From the NCBI GenBank assembly GCA_028023455.1, contig JAQFVV010000001.1:30194001-30258000 (forward strand): a stretch of 64,000 bases of DNA. The letters are read 5' to 3'. The notes beneath the pieces were generated by a model that did not search any database, was not told where the DNA came from, and saw nothing but the letters and a program-made list of their open reading frames with translations. This stretch comes from Epiperipatus broadwayi. Lineage: Eukaryota; Animalia; Onychophora. The translations under genes were made by a program, and so were the position numbers. Within the stretch, counting starts at the first letter, position 1. The number at the start of each line of letters is the position of its first letter. Positions 1-14,109 of this stretch are shown piece by piece.

Positions 1-2016
1 TCTATCATCAGATTTTCAATAATGTGGATGGTTGAAGAGTTGGAGAGTGAAGAAGAATGAAATCTATCCATTTACATTTGAAGATTTACTATCTTAATAT
101 AAACTGAGCACTGATTATATATGTGTGTGTGGGAAATGAATGATCTGGGTCACCTGATAAGTATTGATGCAGCACAATATGTATATATATATTGGTTATA
201 TAAGTTGGAGAGAGTAACTAAAGGGAACTTGTGTGTTCAAATCTCCTATAATTACATCTAAAATTCAGTATTATACATTATACCTGTATTCAAATATTAT
301 TTGATTTTATAACATTAAAATGTTTATTTATAATCAAATTTATAATATCTAAATTAAAAAAAATATTATATAATAAATTACTTAATTCAAAATTCTAATA
401 AAAAAAATAATAATTAGAGAGAGAAAAAAAGTCTCATTCCCTTATGTATATTATCATTAAATGTAAACAAGTGTTTTGTGAGAATATTTTTATTCTATTT
501 GTGCAATCTGTATATTTTGTTATATACCATTAACATTCATTCTTGTATGGTATGTGTAAAACTTTTTTGACAAATTTTTATATATAACTTATGATCTGTT
601 TGTGTTAACTGTATATTAAGATTATTCATACCATTTAACTGTGTGAATAAAGAGAATTCATATATGCACTTAATTCCAGAGGAATTCTATACTTTGAATA
701 ATTCATACTTTCAGTTAATAAATCCAAAGAGATTATAATTAGCTATCTTTAACCAGGAATTCATAGAGATAAAAATCTGCCTTCCATGTGTTGACATTAA
801 TTTCACATATTAATGCATGCTATATTTATAGAAATGATTGAAGAAAGCTATCATCCATTCACTTTAAAGAAATACTCTTTATCTACTATTAGTCTCTTTC
901 ACTGAATTTCACCTTTGTTCTAATAATGGTTCATTCAATTTGGTAATTTTTTTCTTGTGACAGCCTTACCTTTTTATATACTTTGCAATGGCTGAATATT
1001 GTCAAATGATGTTCAATACCTAACAGTTCAGATGAACATTACAACATACTAAGCAGAAATTGTGGAGATGAATTTTATATTTTTTTACACATCCTAATAA
1101 TTAAATAAACTTGATAAATATTTAATCTTATTAAATTTAAAAATTAAATGAAATACTTATAAACCAACAAATATACATATAATTTTCATATATACATATA
1201 ATTTAAATATTTAACTGCAGAATAAAATAATACAAATTTTGATAAGATATTTTGTTTCTGGATTAAATTTATTTGGAAATGGTGCTAAAAATGTGTTATT
1301 TTATATACTTTTACTATTTTTCTTCCTGAATAATATTATTCTTTTAGAAAAATTAAAATGAGTTGTATTATTTTAAAACATTTTTAATTGATTATAAATT
1401 TTTGAATGTAAATTTGACTAGCTCTACTTAGTGCTGATTGCTCTATTTTTTTCTTTAGTAAATTATTTTAAAAATAATTATATACTCAAAAACATTATAG
1501 CATTGTAATTGTATTAGTTTTTTTTTTTTTTTCCAAAGATTGATAATGTTTCATAAATTGGTGAAAATATAGTAAATATGGGTGTCATTTTGATTATAAA
1601 ATGTCTTAAAATAATTAACATTTTATAATTTTTTTTCTTAAACATTTATAGAAGTAAAGTAACTGAAATTGCATGTCTTCAGGAATCTAAAATTATAAAA
1701 ATAATTTAACAACATGTATAAAAATGCTTGCGATTAAACAAAATACCCTATTCATTGTACAGTATATTTCCAAAGTATAACTTTATTTGTTTTGACATAT
1801 GTATTAAAATAAATAATATACCCATCTTATTGTTATCAGAATCAATTCTTATCTATTACTTATCCAAATATATGGATGCATTTTTTTAAAACAATTTTTA
1901 ATTGAAAACAATAAATATATTGTATAAATTTAAACATTTAAAATATTTATCTGGATTGTAAAATATTAACTATTTGGTATCCAGTTATCCAGCGGTAGTA
2001 TTAGGCTGGTCATGAC

Positions 2017-5000
2017 TGCTAACAGAAAAAGAAAATAAATCTATAAGATTATTAACTTACGCGTCACAATAAGAATAACATGCGAGAAGTCTGAAAACTA
2101 GACCTCGAGTATAAAAAGGGAAAACCAGTTTGATCAACATCTTGTCTTGTCTGTTTTTTTTTTTTTTTTGGTTGGTCCTGGATAACAAAAATATATCTAG
2201 GATCACTCTACGATGAAATAATTCTGCATGTTGGAGTGGACTGAGGCTTTTGCTGACATTGTCCTGAAGACAGATACTAGAAAAGTTTTCGTGACTAGCC
2301 ATTAGGACAGACCAAGATCAATTTATAACCGATGGCCATGAACTCCTTCTACCACAGAAAAAACCATGCATGGTAACTCATAATCTATGTAAACTTACCG
2401 GTAAGCTTAGCTATTCATACCCCAACAATGATTAAATTGAGTTTTCAAACAATTTTTAATATAAACGTGTGATATAACCCGATAGAGACATTCCTGAATT
2501 AGGATATTTTAATCCATGAATTGTTTAAAGATAGAACTGAAAGAAATGAACTACATTAATTATATAAAATGATTACCCTGAACTAACAAATATGGTGCTT
2601 TCTAAATAATGGTAACAATTTATTAAGTATTTTAATAACATAATAAAATATTTACCTTTAAGATCACTTTCATTTGTGCATTATTAATTTTAGTTATTTG
2701 TTTTAGTTTATTAGAATTTGAATGTATAATTTACCCTTTGCCAATATTTATTAATTATGGCCTGGGAATAATATCTAGAAAATAATCTTAGTTACAGTAA
2801 ACTATGACCCATTTTTTTAAAAAAAAATCTTTTTTTAAGATACAATATGTTTGATGCAGAATTAGTGTGTCTAACAACTCTGGAACCCTCATTTATAAAT
2901 TAAAAACTGATTCGGGTTGCAATCATAATCGTGACAATTTCTAGGTAGAGTTGATCAGGAAATATAGTTATGTTTTTAGAAATAAGAGTGAAACATTCTT
3001 CTTTTATATAACTTAATTAACTCACACAGTTTATGCGTATAGAGACTTAGTCAGATCGGTAAAAACATTACAATGGCTTCCCAATGTGAGGCTTCGTAAC
3101 AATAACCATAGCCTGAGATACGTTGTAATGGTATAAACAACATTACAATGATGACCCAAAAACCCATAGCTGGAGAATGAATAGTAGTTTTTTTAAAAAA
3201 AAACTAACTAACTAAACTGAATTATACAATTGTAAAAATATATATTTTTAAATTTGACTAGAAAAACATGATCGCAGCGGATGTAGATATTGAGTCACAA
3301 GTCTTTGACCGTGAAGGCGGATACTGGAGAGGGGAATAAAGCATAGCCCAAGTTCTTATATACGCAGTAGATGACATAAGACCATCCTTAAATGCCATGA
3401 GTTTTAAAAGAGCAGGTTGCCGAGAAATGGGAGGGCGGACCAAGTGCCATGAGTCAATAAATCTCAAAAGAATGAACAACGCTTGTATGTGCTTAGTCTT
3501 GGGTTTGTTATTGTTAGTCTTACGTTGAGCTCAAAGGGCACAGATCAATGTGCAAATCATTCGCACCATGTTAGACCCAAAAGTGAGCATTAAAGCCGCA
3601 TGTCACTTGTGAATAAGTCTACAAAAAAATATATCAGCATGCTAATACAAAAAAAACACTCAAATACGGACTTAAAGCTTAAGAATAAAATTAGTTTAAC
3701 CCCCTATTTTATTCTCATCTCCTGGCCCCGGAGATATTGTACTGTTATTTTTTTATATATAGTACAAATATATTGGTATTCGGTAATATATTTAAAAGCT
3801 ATAAAAAAAAAAGAAAAGTCTTAAAAAAAAGACACATTAAATTTTTTTTTGGTTAGCGTAATTTATTTTTTTAAAAATGTACAATGTGAGTTGATTTTTG
3901 TTTCGAATTGTTACTTTGATTTAAAAAAATAAAAGTTAAAATTGAAAAGAACAAAAGGAATTCCACACAAAGATTATGATCAAGAAACATTAGGATATTA
4001 ATTAAATATGGCCGAAAAAATTGTTATAAAAAAGAACTTTGTAACAGAAAAAGAAAATAAATCTATAAGATTATTAACTTACGCATCACGATAAGAATAA
4101 CATATGCAGAAGTCTAAAAACTGGACCTCGAGTATAAAAAGGGGAGACCAGTTTGATCAACATCTTGTTTGTTTTTTCTTTTGGTTGGTCCTGGATAACA
4201 AAAATATATCCAGGACCATTCTATGATGAAATAATTCTGCATGTTGGAATGGATCGAGGCTTTTGCTGACATCGTCCTGAAGACAGACACCAGAAAAGCT
4301 TTCAAGACTAGCTGTTAAGACAGACCAAGATCAACTTATAACCAATGGCCATGAGCCTCTACCACAGAAAAAAACATGCATGGTAACCCATAACCTATGT
4401 AAATTTACCAATAAGCTTAGCTATTCATACCCTAATAGTGACTAAATTGAGTTTGCAGACAATTTTTAATATAAGCGTGTGATATAACCCGATAGAGACA
4501 TTCCCGAATTAGGACATTTTAATCCATGGATTGTTTAAAGATAGAACTGAAAGAAATGAACTGTATTAATTATATAAAATGATTACCATGAACTAACAAA
4601 TATGGTCCTTTCTAAATAATGGTAACAATTTATTATGTATTTTAATAACATAATAAAATATTTACCTTTAAGATCACTTTCATTTGTACGTTGTTAAATT
4701 ATTTACTTTTAAGTTGAACGTATAATCTATCCTTTGCCAATATTTATTAATTATGCCCTGGGAATAATATCTAGAAAATAATCTTAGTTACGGTAAACTA
4801 TGACCGATTTTTTAAAAAAAAGAATCATTAAGTTACGATATGATTGATGCAGAATCAGTGAGTCTAATGACTCTGGCACCCTCATTTATAAATTAAAAAC
4901 TGATTCGGTTGGCAATCGTAATCGTAACAATTTCTAGGTAGAGTTGATCAGGAAATATAGTTATGTTTTTAGAAATAAGAGTGAAACATTCTTCTTTTTC

Positions 5001-5065
5001 ATAACTTGATCAACTCACGTAGTTTATTCGTACAGAGACCTAGTCAGATGGGTAAAAACATTACA
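2017..5065. mobile_element. LTR-like element without coding capacity (two direct repeats of about 1.03 kb around a 970-bp core)
   Basis: 2017-3072 and 4040-5065 are colinear, highly similar copies. Copy 2 runs TGTAAC...ATTACA. Both carry a TATAAAAAGG box. TGGCTTCCC follows the left copy. No TSD found and no gag/pol ORF. Confidence 0.6.
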
Positions 5066-5449
5066 ATATTTTTATTTAAAAGCATAAGTAAACAAAAGTT
5101 GCCTTACTTTTTTTGCCAGTAATTATTCGAACTTTAAAATTTGTATGATTACAGTACTTAAATCTTGTTTATTGTATTTTTCTTTCAATATTTTTACTTT
5201 CAACTGATAATTAGAAAATAGATTATTGTTTTTTAAGAATATCTGTAGCTAAAGTCGATTTTTAAAAAAAATAATTTAAAAGAATATCGTTTGTTTGTTT
5301 TTGTCATTTAAATTTGCATCTGTAAATGAGTAATTATTTCTGTATAATATCTTATAGAACATGTGGGTTTTTTTTCAAAGGAAAAAACAAGACTTAAACC
5401 ACATCAATAATAATAATAATTGAAAAGATCTACTATAAAAATATTTGAA

Positions 5450-8100
5450 AGAATCTACTTATAGAAATATGAGCAATACCAATAAAAAATTCTGGAAATG
5501 TCAAGAATGCGAAAAGAAAAAGGGCCCCAAGATTGAAAGTTAAAGTTATAATTCTCTTGGAGAAGAATGGCCAAAATTAAAAAATGATAAGAAAAATGAT
5601 GACATTTTGACCAATTAAAAGAATCAATGGAATTTTTATCTGATAAATATAATGGAATAACAAAAAAAAATTTAATTCATGAAAAAGATAATACTAAGAT
5701 TTAAAAAGATGTGAGAATAAGATTTAAAAAGATGTGAGAGTGCTAATTGAAGAAAATAATAAAATTAAAGATAGACTGCAAAAGCTCGAGTATGATAAAA
5801 ATAAACAAGATCAATTAGGTGGAGCTCTTACTAAAAAGTCATCCTCCTCGCAGCTCTCAAAGAACGGCTCTGAAAATTTGGTGTTGTAGCAGTGAAAAGT
5901 GCCTTTTTTATTTATTTGGCCCTTTAAAGGCCTTATTTTGCTGCTAATATATTCTTTCATTCACTAAATTTCAGTTTTAGTGCATTTTTAACATAATTTC
6001 CCTATGTCTACCTTGTGCTTATCAGCATTTAACTACCTTATCCCCCCCCTGTTTGGTGGGTGGTTCAACTGTTTCATGGACCATAAAGCGTCTTATTTCC
6101 TCTTAGACTCTTAAATATTTTTTTTACTCCAAGTTCCCTGTCACTCAAAACTTGTTTTTAAAAGTTTTCTGTGTTGTTCCAGTTATTTAGGCCATTTTTT
6201 AATGATCTTATTTTTCAGGCACCCTCTCATCTGGGAAAACTAACTGCCTAGAATTCCACTCAAATTTTCTCATTACTCAACTAAAATTATTAATAGCAAA
6301 AAGCAGTGTTTTTTTTTTTTTTTTACTTTTACATCAAGGTATTTAATTTTTCCATTTCAAAATTGTTTTTCTTCATATTACTTTTCATTCTTTCATATGG
6401 TTTAAAGATGGCCACTGCTCCTAGTGGGAAAAATGTGCAGAGACCTAAACTACATGAACTAAAATGTTCAAAATTACCCAAATTTTATTCAAACTGAACA
6501 TCATCACCAAAGAACTTATTTCAAAGTCTCCATCTCTTTATCCTCTGGATCTTCCTATCTTTCAGACTGTTGTTTTCTCTATAAAAGGTAAAAAGAAAGT
6601 CAAAAAGAACAATGTGACCTTTCATAATGCCATTCCTTGTACAATGGGATAACCACTCATCTACAAAAGACAAAAATCAGCCTGTTGCATCTAAGCATAA
6701 CTCAGAAATCTCCTCATCCATCCCTGAAACCTCTAAAGACTTAACATATAGCTATTCCTCCAAAATTCAGGTCACATATGGATCCTTCTATCAATCCATC
6801 AGGGCAACCAAGCCTATCAACATTGCTCATTGCCTAAGACTATTCTTTGCCTGGACTACACACCCTGTCCATCGCCTCTTCCCATTTCATATATATTCCC
6901 TTCAACATATTGTACTTGAATTTCATTTTACCATGTAATTATCTCTTTGTAAACCTTTTTAACTGTTGTGTATTTTGTCTTTTTGATGAATAAAAGCTTT
7001 CATCATTGAGAGAAAAAAAAGGTCAATTAAAATTAGCTTCCTCTATTGAAAATACTTGGTTTAATCTCTAAACAAAATGAAGATATGTTCATATATTTAA
7101 TTTGCTAATGAATAAATTGAACATGAAGAATTTTGATAAAGGACATATAACTAATGGTTATAAAGTAAAAAAACAGAAAGAGATCCTATTTTAAAAATTG
7201 AGTTTAAAGATGTTGATTCTGCTAAAGAATGACTAAATAAAAAAAAGATTATTTTAAAAAATAAAGATATTTTTAATGACTTGATTACACAAGATAAATG
7301 AAATAAAAGAATATATATATTAATGAATCTTTAACAAAAATAAATAAAAAAATATGGAAAACTTTACAACAAAAAAAATAATGGAGAAAAATATATATAT
7401 AGAGAGAGAATGAAAATGACATTATTAATATTTTGTGAGTTCTATTTTAAATGTTTTGAATATATTCTAATACAAAATGGATAAGCTTGTACCATTGAAA
7501 GACATTGAAGATATTTTTGTAAAGAGTTTTAATACATTTGAATATTGGGAAGTAGAAATTAAAGAATTTAGTTTTGAAAAAAATATTTATAATATTCTTC
7601 ATGTTAACCTTAGTATAAGAAAAAAGTGGGATGTATTAATTGCAACTATATACTCTTACATTGATTGATTGATTTTTTATTATTAATTGAAACAAATATA
7701 AAAAAAATGAAGAAGTTAATTTTTATAATATAAATTATAAAAAAATTGCATATTGTATAAATCATAGAGAGGTGGAGGGATATTGATTTTTATTAAAGAA
7801 AATATTTTAGTTGAAAAACTGGAAGTCAATTTTAACACCTTTGAACCCACTCATTTAACTTTTGAATTGAATAGCAATAAAGTTATGTTAATAGAAATAT
7901 ACAGAGCACCAGATAATGATAATAATTTTTTATAGATGAAATAAAATCATGGTTAAAATGTTTTATATTAACTAACAATGAAATAATACTAATAGGTGAT
8001 ATGAATATTGGTTTATGTAAAATTTCTAAAACTGTAGAAGATTATATAGATACATTAACTATCTATGGGGTGCTTTGTGTATGTTTTAACATACTCCGGT
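5450..8100 (+). mobile_element. Highly decayed CR1/L2-like LINE 5' part (ORF1 + APE endonuclease), interrupted at about 5820-7010
   Basis: Fragments KFWKCQECEK and a coiled coil (ORF1-like); NILHVNLSIRKKWDVL, RGGGILIFIKE, IYRAPD and ILIGDMNI (APE motifs), broken by stops. Confidence 0.55.
5820..7010 (+). mobile_element. Internally deleted non-LTR-like insert
   Basis: UTR-like start, short ORF1-like frame (MATAPSGKN...), C-terminal LINE-like peptide (IAHCLRLFFAWTT), and AATAAA plus catcat tail at about 6990-7007; splits the surrounding LINE. Confidence 0.35.
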
Positions 8101-8812
8101 TTACTTTTATTCCACATATTGTTATTAAACATATTTCAATAATAAGCAATTCTTTGTACTTAAGTCATTGATAATCTTTGATTTGAAAAGTCAGTCCACA
8201 TGTAATTGTTTTCCATTTAATCATTTTGTTTTTCCAATAATTAATGTTAATAGTCAATTAAATCAATAATTTATAATTTTGCAACTTAAAGAATTAAATT
8301 AAAATATTGGTTTTGATTTAAATAAAATTCTTTATCTATATTTTTTTTTTATTTTTGTTTGTTTGTTTGTTAGGAATTTATTAATAAATGAACACTACTT
8401 TGTATGATTTTTTTCCTGATATTTCTACTACCAAACATTCTTCATCAAAGTATATTAATAATATTTATTAGTCATTTATTAAACTAAAGAAATGTTATTA
8501 TTTATTAAAGTTTGTTTTCTTTCATTTTTGAAATTTGAATACAGTATATTATAAAGTCAAAAGAAGACAAACTCTTTAGATGACTACTAGCCAGTTAAAA
8601 TATGATGGAAAAATGAAATCTTGGTAAAAAAAAGTGTACATTTATTAATTTAATTTGAATAAGTTGAAACAGATGTTATTTGATATAATGACATAATTTA
8701 TTGACTATGGTATTTGTATAAATTTATTCAAAGTATATTTCAGAATAATATATTTTTGTGTTTATGTAAAATTATATACTGATAAAAAAAATTGTTTTAA
8801 TTTTTATTTTAG

Positions 8813-8922
8813 CTGGTTACAATAACTTAGAAGTAGCAGAGTTTCTTTTAGAGAATGGTGCTGATGTCAATGCTCAAGATAAAGGAGGACTTATTCCTTT
8901 ACATAATGCATCTTCCTATGGA
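8813..8922 (+). CDS. Tnks: Tankyrase (PARP5) internal exon, ankyrin repeat
   Basis: After ttttag, phase-1 exon translates (A)[36 protein letters not shown] and ends at gtaagt; essentially the tankyrase ankyrin-repeat sequence. Confidence 0.97.
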
Positions 8923-11900
8923 GTAAGTTTCAAGTTTTGTTATGGATGTGTAGAAAAAAGTGTTTTGTTTTTGATAATAGTTGCATTAGTATTGTAACAC
9001 TAGCTGGGTTCAAACCCTGTTACAAGAAAGTGGAAAAGCACATACACATTACCCTCAATACAAATATTTATTCAATTTGTCATTAAAGGGTTAAAAATAT
9101 ACATAAAATTATACATATATACATGCGTGAATTAAATTTTGAACTCTTTTTTCTTTACTTTTTTTTTTTTTTAGAAAATAAATGGGGAAGGGATTAATTA
9201 GTAATCATTGTTTATTTTAGAATGTTTTACTTTTAAAATATTACAAATTGGCAAAATTACACTTGTGCTCAAATATTTTATATATTGTTTAGGATTGTTT
9301 AAAATATTGATTTAAGTTTCAATTATATTTCAAATTAACGAGGGTGGTGAAAAAGAAATATTGTATATGCCTTCAAGCAATTCTCGTTAATTACTGCAAA
9401 AAGAAAAATTCCAAGAAAAGCCAAAGAATGTTTTGCCAATAAGAAAAGATACCAGGAATGACGGCACCACCAAAACAATGGAAATGTAAAATAAAGAAGT
9501 AAAAAGTAATTTGGAAATGGAAAACATATTCAAAGAAAAAGAACTAGATTGGAGATCTGATAAAATTCCTTTTTCTGAGAAAGGAAATGCAATTAAACAG
9601 AAATTAATTAAGGAGAATTGGAGAAAGGAAAAGACAGTTATAGAGTTAGATTGTGACCGCTGAGGGAGAGAGACTCATAAAGATATATGAATAAAAATGT
9701 TTAAAATGACGGGGTAAGCACCACAAGTAAAGGGCTTCACCACCTGCGGCCGATGCAAACTGACTCTACACCGCCTGCCTGCAGAAGAATCTAGGAACCT
9801 CGTGAATACTCCGTATTGCTTAACATAGGACGAAATAGAAGAGAATCGCATCCAAAATATGAATTAATTCGGTTTGAAAATTATATTATAGAAGACTTCA
9901 ATTACGGCTCATCCATTACTTACGGACATCTAAATATCAGACTATACAGAAAGAAACTATATTGCGCTCTCATAAGGCAAACTTCGAATGCTACAAGATC
10001 ACGGAACTCAACTTGATACACTACATAATTCATTACATTCTGATCCCACACCCCGGGGTTCGTAAGGTGACGTGAACTATATTTTGTTATATAACTCAGA
10101 ATTGCTTATAGCTACCCTCGTAATGACTCTATTAAAATATTTCATAGCATGAAATTATTGCGTACAATTGTATACTAAATTTTTTTTCCTTATATATAAA
10201 TTAATATTTGTTTGTTCTAAATTAAATATTTTATTGCTTCATTTATGGTTTGGGGAATTTATTATATATTTCAAATGGGAAGGATATGAATTGATTTTAC
10301 ATAGATTATGTTTAAATATTAATAATAAAATTTTATACATATTTACCTTGGCGTTAAAGTTATTCATTAATTATCGTTTACATTCTTCTATCACTTCATC
10401 TGCCAAATAAAATGCAAATGATTCACATATGTCCGAGGTAAATAGATACGTTTATGAGTGCATTATAGGTTACATACAAACCCATATTTTTTTTTGTTAT
10501 TATCTCCGTTCATCCGATAGGTTTTCCTCCCCACCCTGGGAATGAGCTAGCTTAGGTCAGGCACCTCGTTAATCGGGAAATATAATTCTCACCGTAATAG
10601 TGAGTTTGGCGCTTGAGGTCATCGATAAACTGACACTCATAAATGTATTCTCCCGTAGATATTTTATATATTTAGATCTTACTCAAGAGACAAGGGCTAC
10701 CAGAAAACTTTTATTTCATTTGTCTTAAATCCTATTACTGCAACACTTAAAAATTGTGTCAAGTAAATAATACTTGTATAAATAATTCGTATCAGAATTT
10801 TCTTTGGTAGGTAGTATTTAAATATTATCTACAGGTGTTATGGTGACTAGACAGCCATAGAAATTCTATTTAGTCTACGTTTTGGCTCACATGTCCATTT
10901 TTTTAAAGATCTATTATATTTTTTAAGTTTTCAAACGTCGGAAGGGACGGTAAGAAGGGGTGACTGGTTAAAGTATACTAAATCTTTAAAAAAATGGATT
11001 AAATTTTGTATTTTTCTTCACTATTTTTTTGTCCCCCCGCAAGATTATTTTTTGTTACATATTGAGTGCTCTTGATTTAATTCTTTTGCAATATTTTTTA
11101 ATTTTATTATGGTGTAGAAATTTTAACCAGATAATAAAATCCACAATCATAATTTTTATTTATAAATGTTTCATCTACTGTTCATCTCTTACTATCATCA
11201 GTTTGATTTTTTTATTTGTAATCTTTATGATGAAATTTTACATTTACAAGATTTTTATTATTATTAAATAATGCATAATCATACTAGTTTTGCTTATATG
11301 TGGCTTAGATCCATAATTTTATGACCATTGAGATGAAAAACTTTACTAATAATTATAATATTTTTGAAGAAATGTAAGAATGTGTGGCAAATACAGTATC
11401 TCTTTTAATGTTTAATCTTTATATACTATGGTAATTCTTTTTTTTTTTTTTTAGTATTATTTTATTTACTATGAATCATTATTTTTGTTTGCAGCAGATT
11501 TTTTTTACAAAATAGATGTATAATATATTGTAATAGGAAGTGCCTACTCTCCTTTTTTAACACTTACTGTAATTATATCAGGATTTTACATGCTAGGCTT
11601 AATGGGTATTATGATTAATCAAGCTGGGTACATTTACTTATAATGTCTTAACTGATCATGATGATCACACTGGGCCTTTGTTAAATTTATTTTTAACACT
11701 AACCATATTTCCTGATCATCATTCCATGAAATCAATTCAAATCAAAAAGAGGGGTCCATCCCTGCTTACTATAAACATTTTTACTTGTAATAGATCTGCT
11801 GCTATGTAGAACTTGGGTGCCTTCTCTATAATCAGAAATATTTTTAGGGCAGATTAAACTCTCTCTCTCACACACACATCTTTGATTTTAAATCCTTTCA

Positions 11901-12269
11901 TTTATTTACAACTGACTCAGGTAAGCATGATAATAATTACAGGATTGTCAATTTGCTTGATTCAATGAACATATGTTATTGTTTATTACTCATCAAATAA
12001 AAAGAAAATCTATCTCAGTATTGCAACTATATAGATATTTATGCAAAAAATATCATAGAATAAAGATTAGAGGCTATGTGTAACAAATTAATAAACTATA
12101 TTATACTCTCATAATGTAATCAATCTTGTACATTTACAGTATATATCATTATTATCCAGAAATTTCCGAAAATAATACTATGAATTCATCATATATCTGT
12201 GAGAATATTAGAATCAATATATATAAACATTAAAAGCATAAATCTAAACTAGTTAATAAATAATAAAAT

Positions 12270-12860
12270 TACTCAAATTCACAACTCAACCAGATTAGCC
12301 AAAAAGTAAACTCTAAAACACTACCAATGGTTTTACTGTTACAAGGGGACTTCTCAAGTGTAAAGAATACAAAATAATATATTTAAATTAAACATTACCC
12401 ACAATTCCATTTATTTTCCATTTGCTTCAAAATCACAAATTTTTAATAGTAAAGATTTTTTAATTATTCTTTTTATTTTATTTCTCTCAAAGAAGACAAC
12501 CTTAGCTTCATCAAGGATACAAACCATAATAAAGACAATTAAAGAGACAATCTTAGCTTCATCAAAATTAATAGTGTGGCCTGTATCCTTGATGAAGCTA
12601 AGTTTGTCTTCTCTGAGAGAAATGAAATAAAGAGAAGAATTAAAGAATCTTTATTGTTAAAATTTTATGATTTTGAAGCAATTAACTTAGTTCTTTAATA
12701 GTAAGGGTGTATGGAAAGTAAATAGAATTGTGGGTAATGTTTAATTTAAATATATTATTTTGTAGTAGTTTTTTACACTTGAGAAGTCTGCTTGTAAGCA
12801 GTGAAATTATTGGAAGTGTTTTAGAGTTTATTTTCTTGGCTATTGTGACTGAGTTGTTAA
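12270..12860. repeat. Diverged foldback inverted repeat (arms of about 250 bp)
   Basis: tacaaaataatatatttaaattaaacattacccacaattc (from about 12368) is the reverse complement of about 12726-12764; matches extend to about 12270/12860; internal ttagcttcatcaa duplication. Confidence 0.8.
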
Positions 12861-14109
12861 TATGGTGTAATTTGATTATATATATATATAGTGGAAGAGA
12901 TTTTGTATTAAATGCTTAAATTTGAAGAGAGTATGATTGAGAAATACTACAATAGTGAACTATTATTAGGCAAGGTATTGAAATTTTTTAGAAAGAGAAG
13001 TTTCACAAAGATGAAAGTAAAATTCAGTATTATAATATTCAAATAAACAATTTTAAGAATTGACCATATTGGCATCTTTATATGAAAAGTGTTAGGATAT
13101 TTTGATGATTTGATTTATAACTTGTAAGCATATTTTGTATACTATTGCATTGAAATAATTGTCCAAAGATGTATACAATGAATAAGACACTACTTAAAAC
13201 AATCTAAACCACAATATTTTCAATCTCCTCAAATTTTTATAACAAATATATAAAGTTAGTGAACTGCTTAAGGTTCAAAAATAATTATTTAACTACCAAT
13301 GATAAAGCTGGTGATAAAATTAATAGCAGCCGGGATTATAATGAAAAACCACTTACAAGTCAGTAAATAATCTAGTGAAATTAACATAAGTAGAAAATAA
13401 ACAGTTAAAATTACTTTGTATAATAAAGGTAAAATGAACTTTATAAGTCTGTGTATACTCATTGTTAACATAAGCCTGCACAAAACTCTCATTCTGTAAA
13501 ATGTAAAATTATAGAAAATATATATATATTTTATTGGCACAATTTAAAGGAAATTAAAACAGAAATTTTTTTTCCAAAAAAGATACAATTTCTAAATTTG
13601 ATGGTAAAGAATATGTTAATGTAAGTAGAGAGCGAAAACAGGTATCCAAAAAACAATTCTCTAATATAATTATTGGATAAGTTGAATCATTCTCAAGTGA
13701 ACAAAACCGTATAAGCAAGAAATTTAAATTACTATGCTAAGTTTAATAATTACTGGCATGATTTCTTTTAAATGTCACATGGATTCTTAAAATGTCACTC
13801 TTTTCAGTTACTCATTTTATAGATGACACATTTTTGTAAAAACAGAATATATAAAACTTGGAAAATATCAAAGTCATAAATTTGGAAATCAAGACTAGAA
13901 AAGAAACTGCAAATTAAATTCATATTTTAAATGCAAACAAAATTAATTGTGTCCAAGTATTTTAATCTCATGGGATCCAAAAGAATAATTCTCATTCTAT
14001 GTGTTATGACCTACAAAAGTTTTTTTAAAATATTATAGATTGTTGTTATTGTATTAGAAGTAAATGTTAAATGATCAATGATTAAAATAAGAATAAAATC
14101 TTAAATTTT

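Noticed and set aside
1-8812. Search for the preceding tankyrase exon (...STPLHLA) here, and for the following exon (ADD...) in 51110-64000
   Set aside because: No matching spliceable segment found; these exons probably lie outside the window.
12575-12640. UUGAUGAAGCUAAG hammerhead-like half
   Set aside because: No complementary stem II and no properly placed GAAA/UH.
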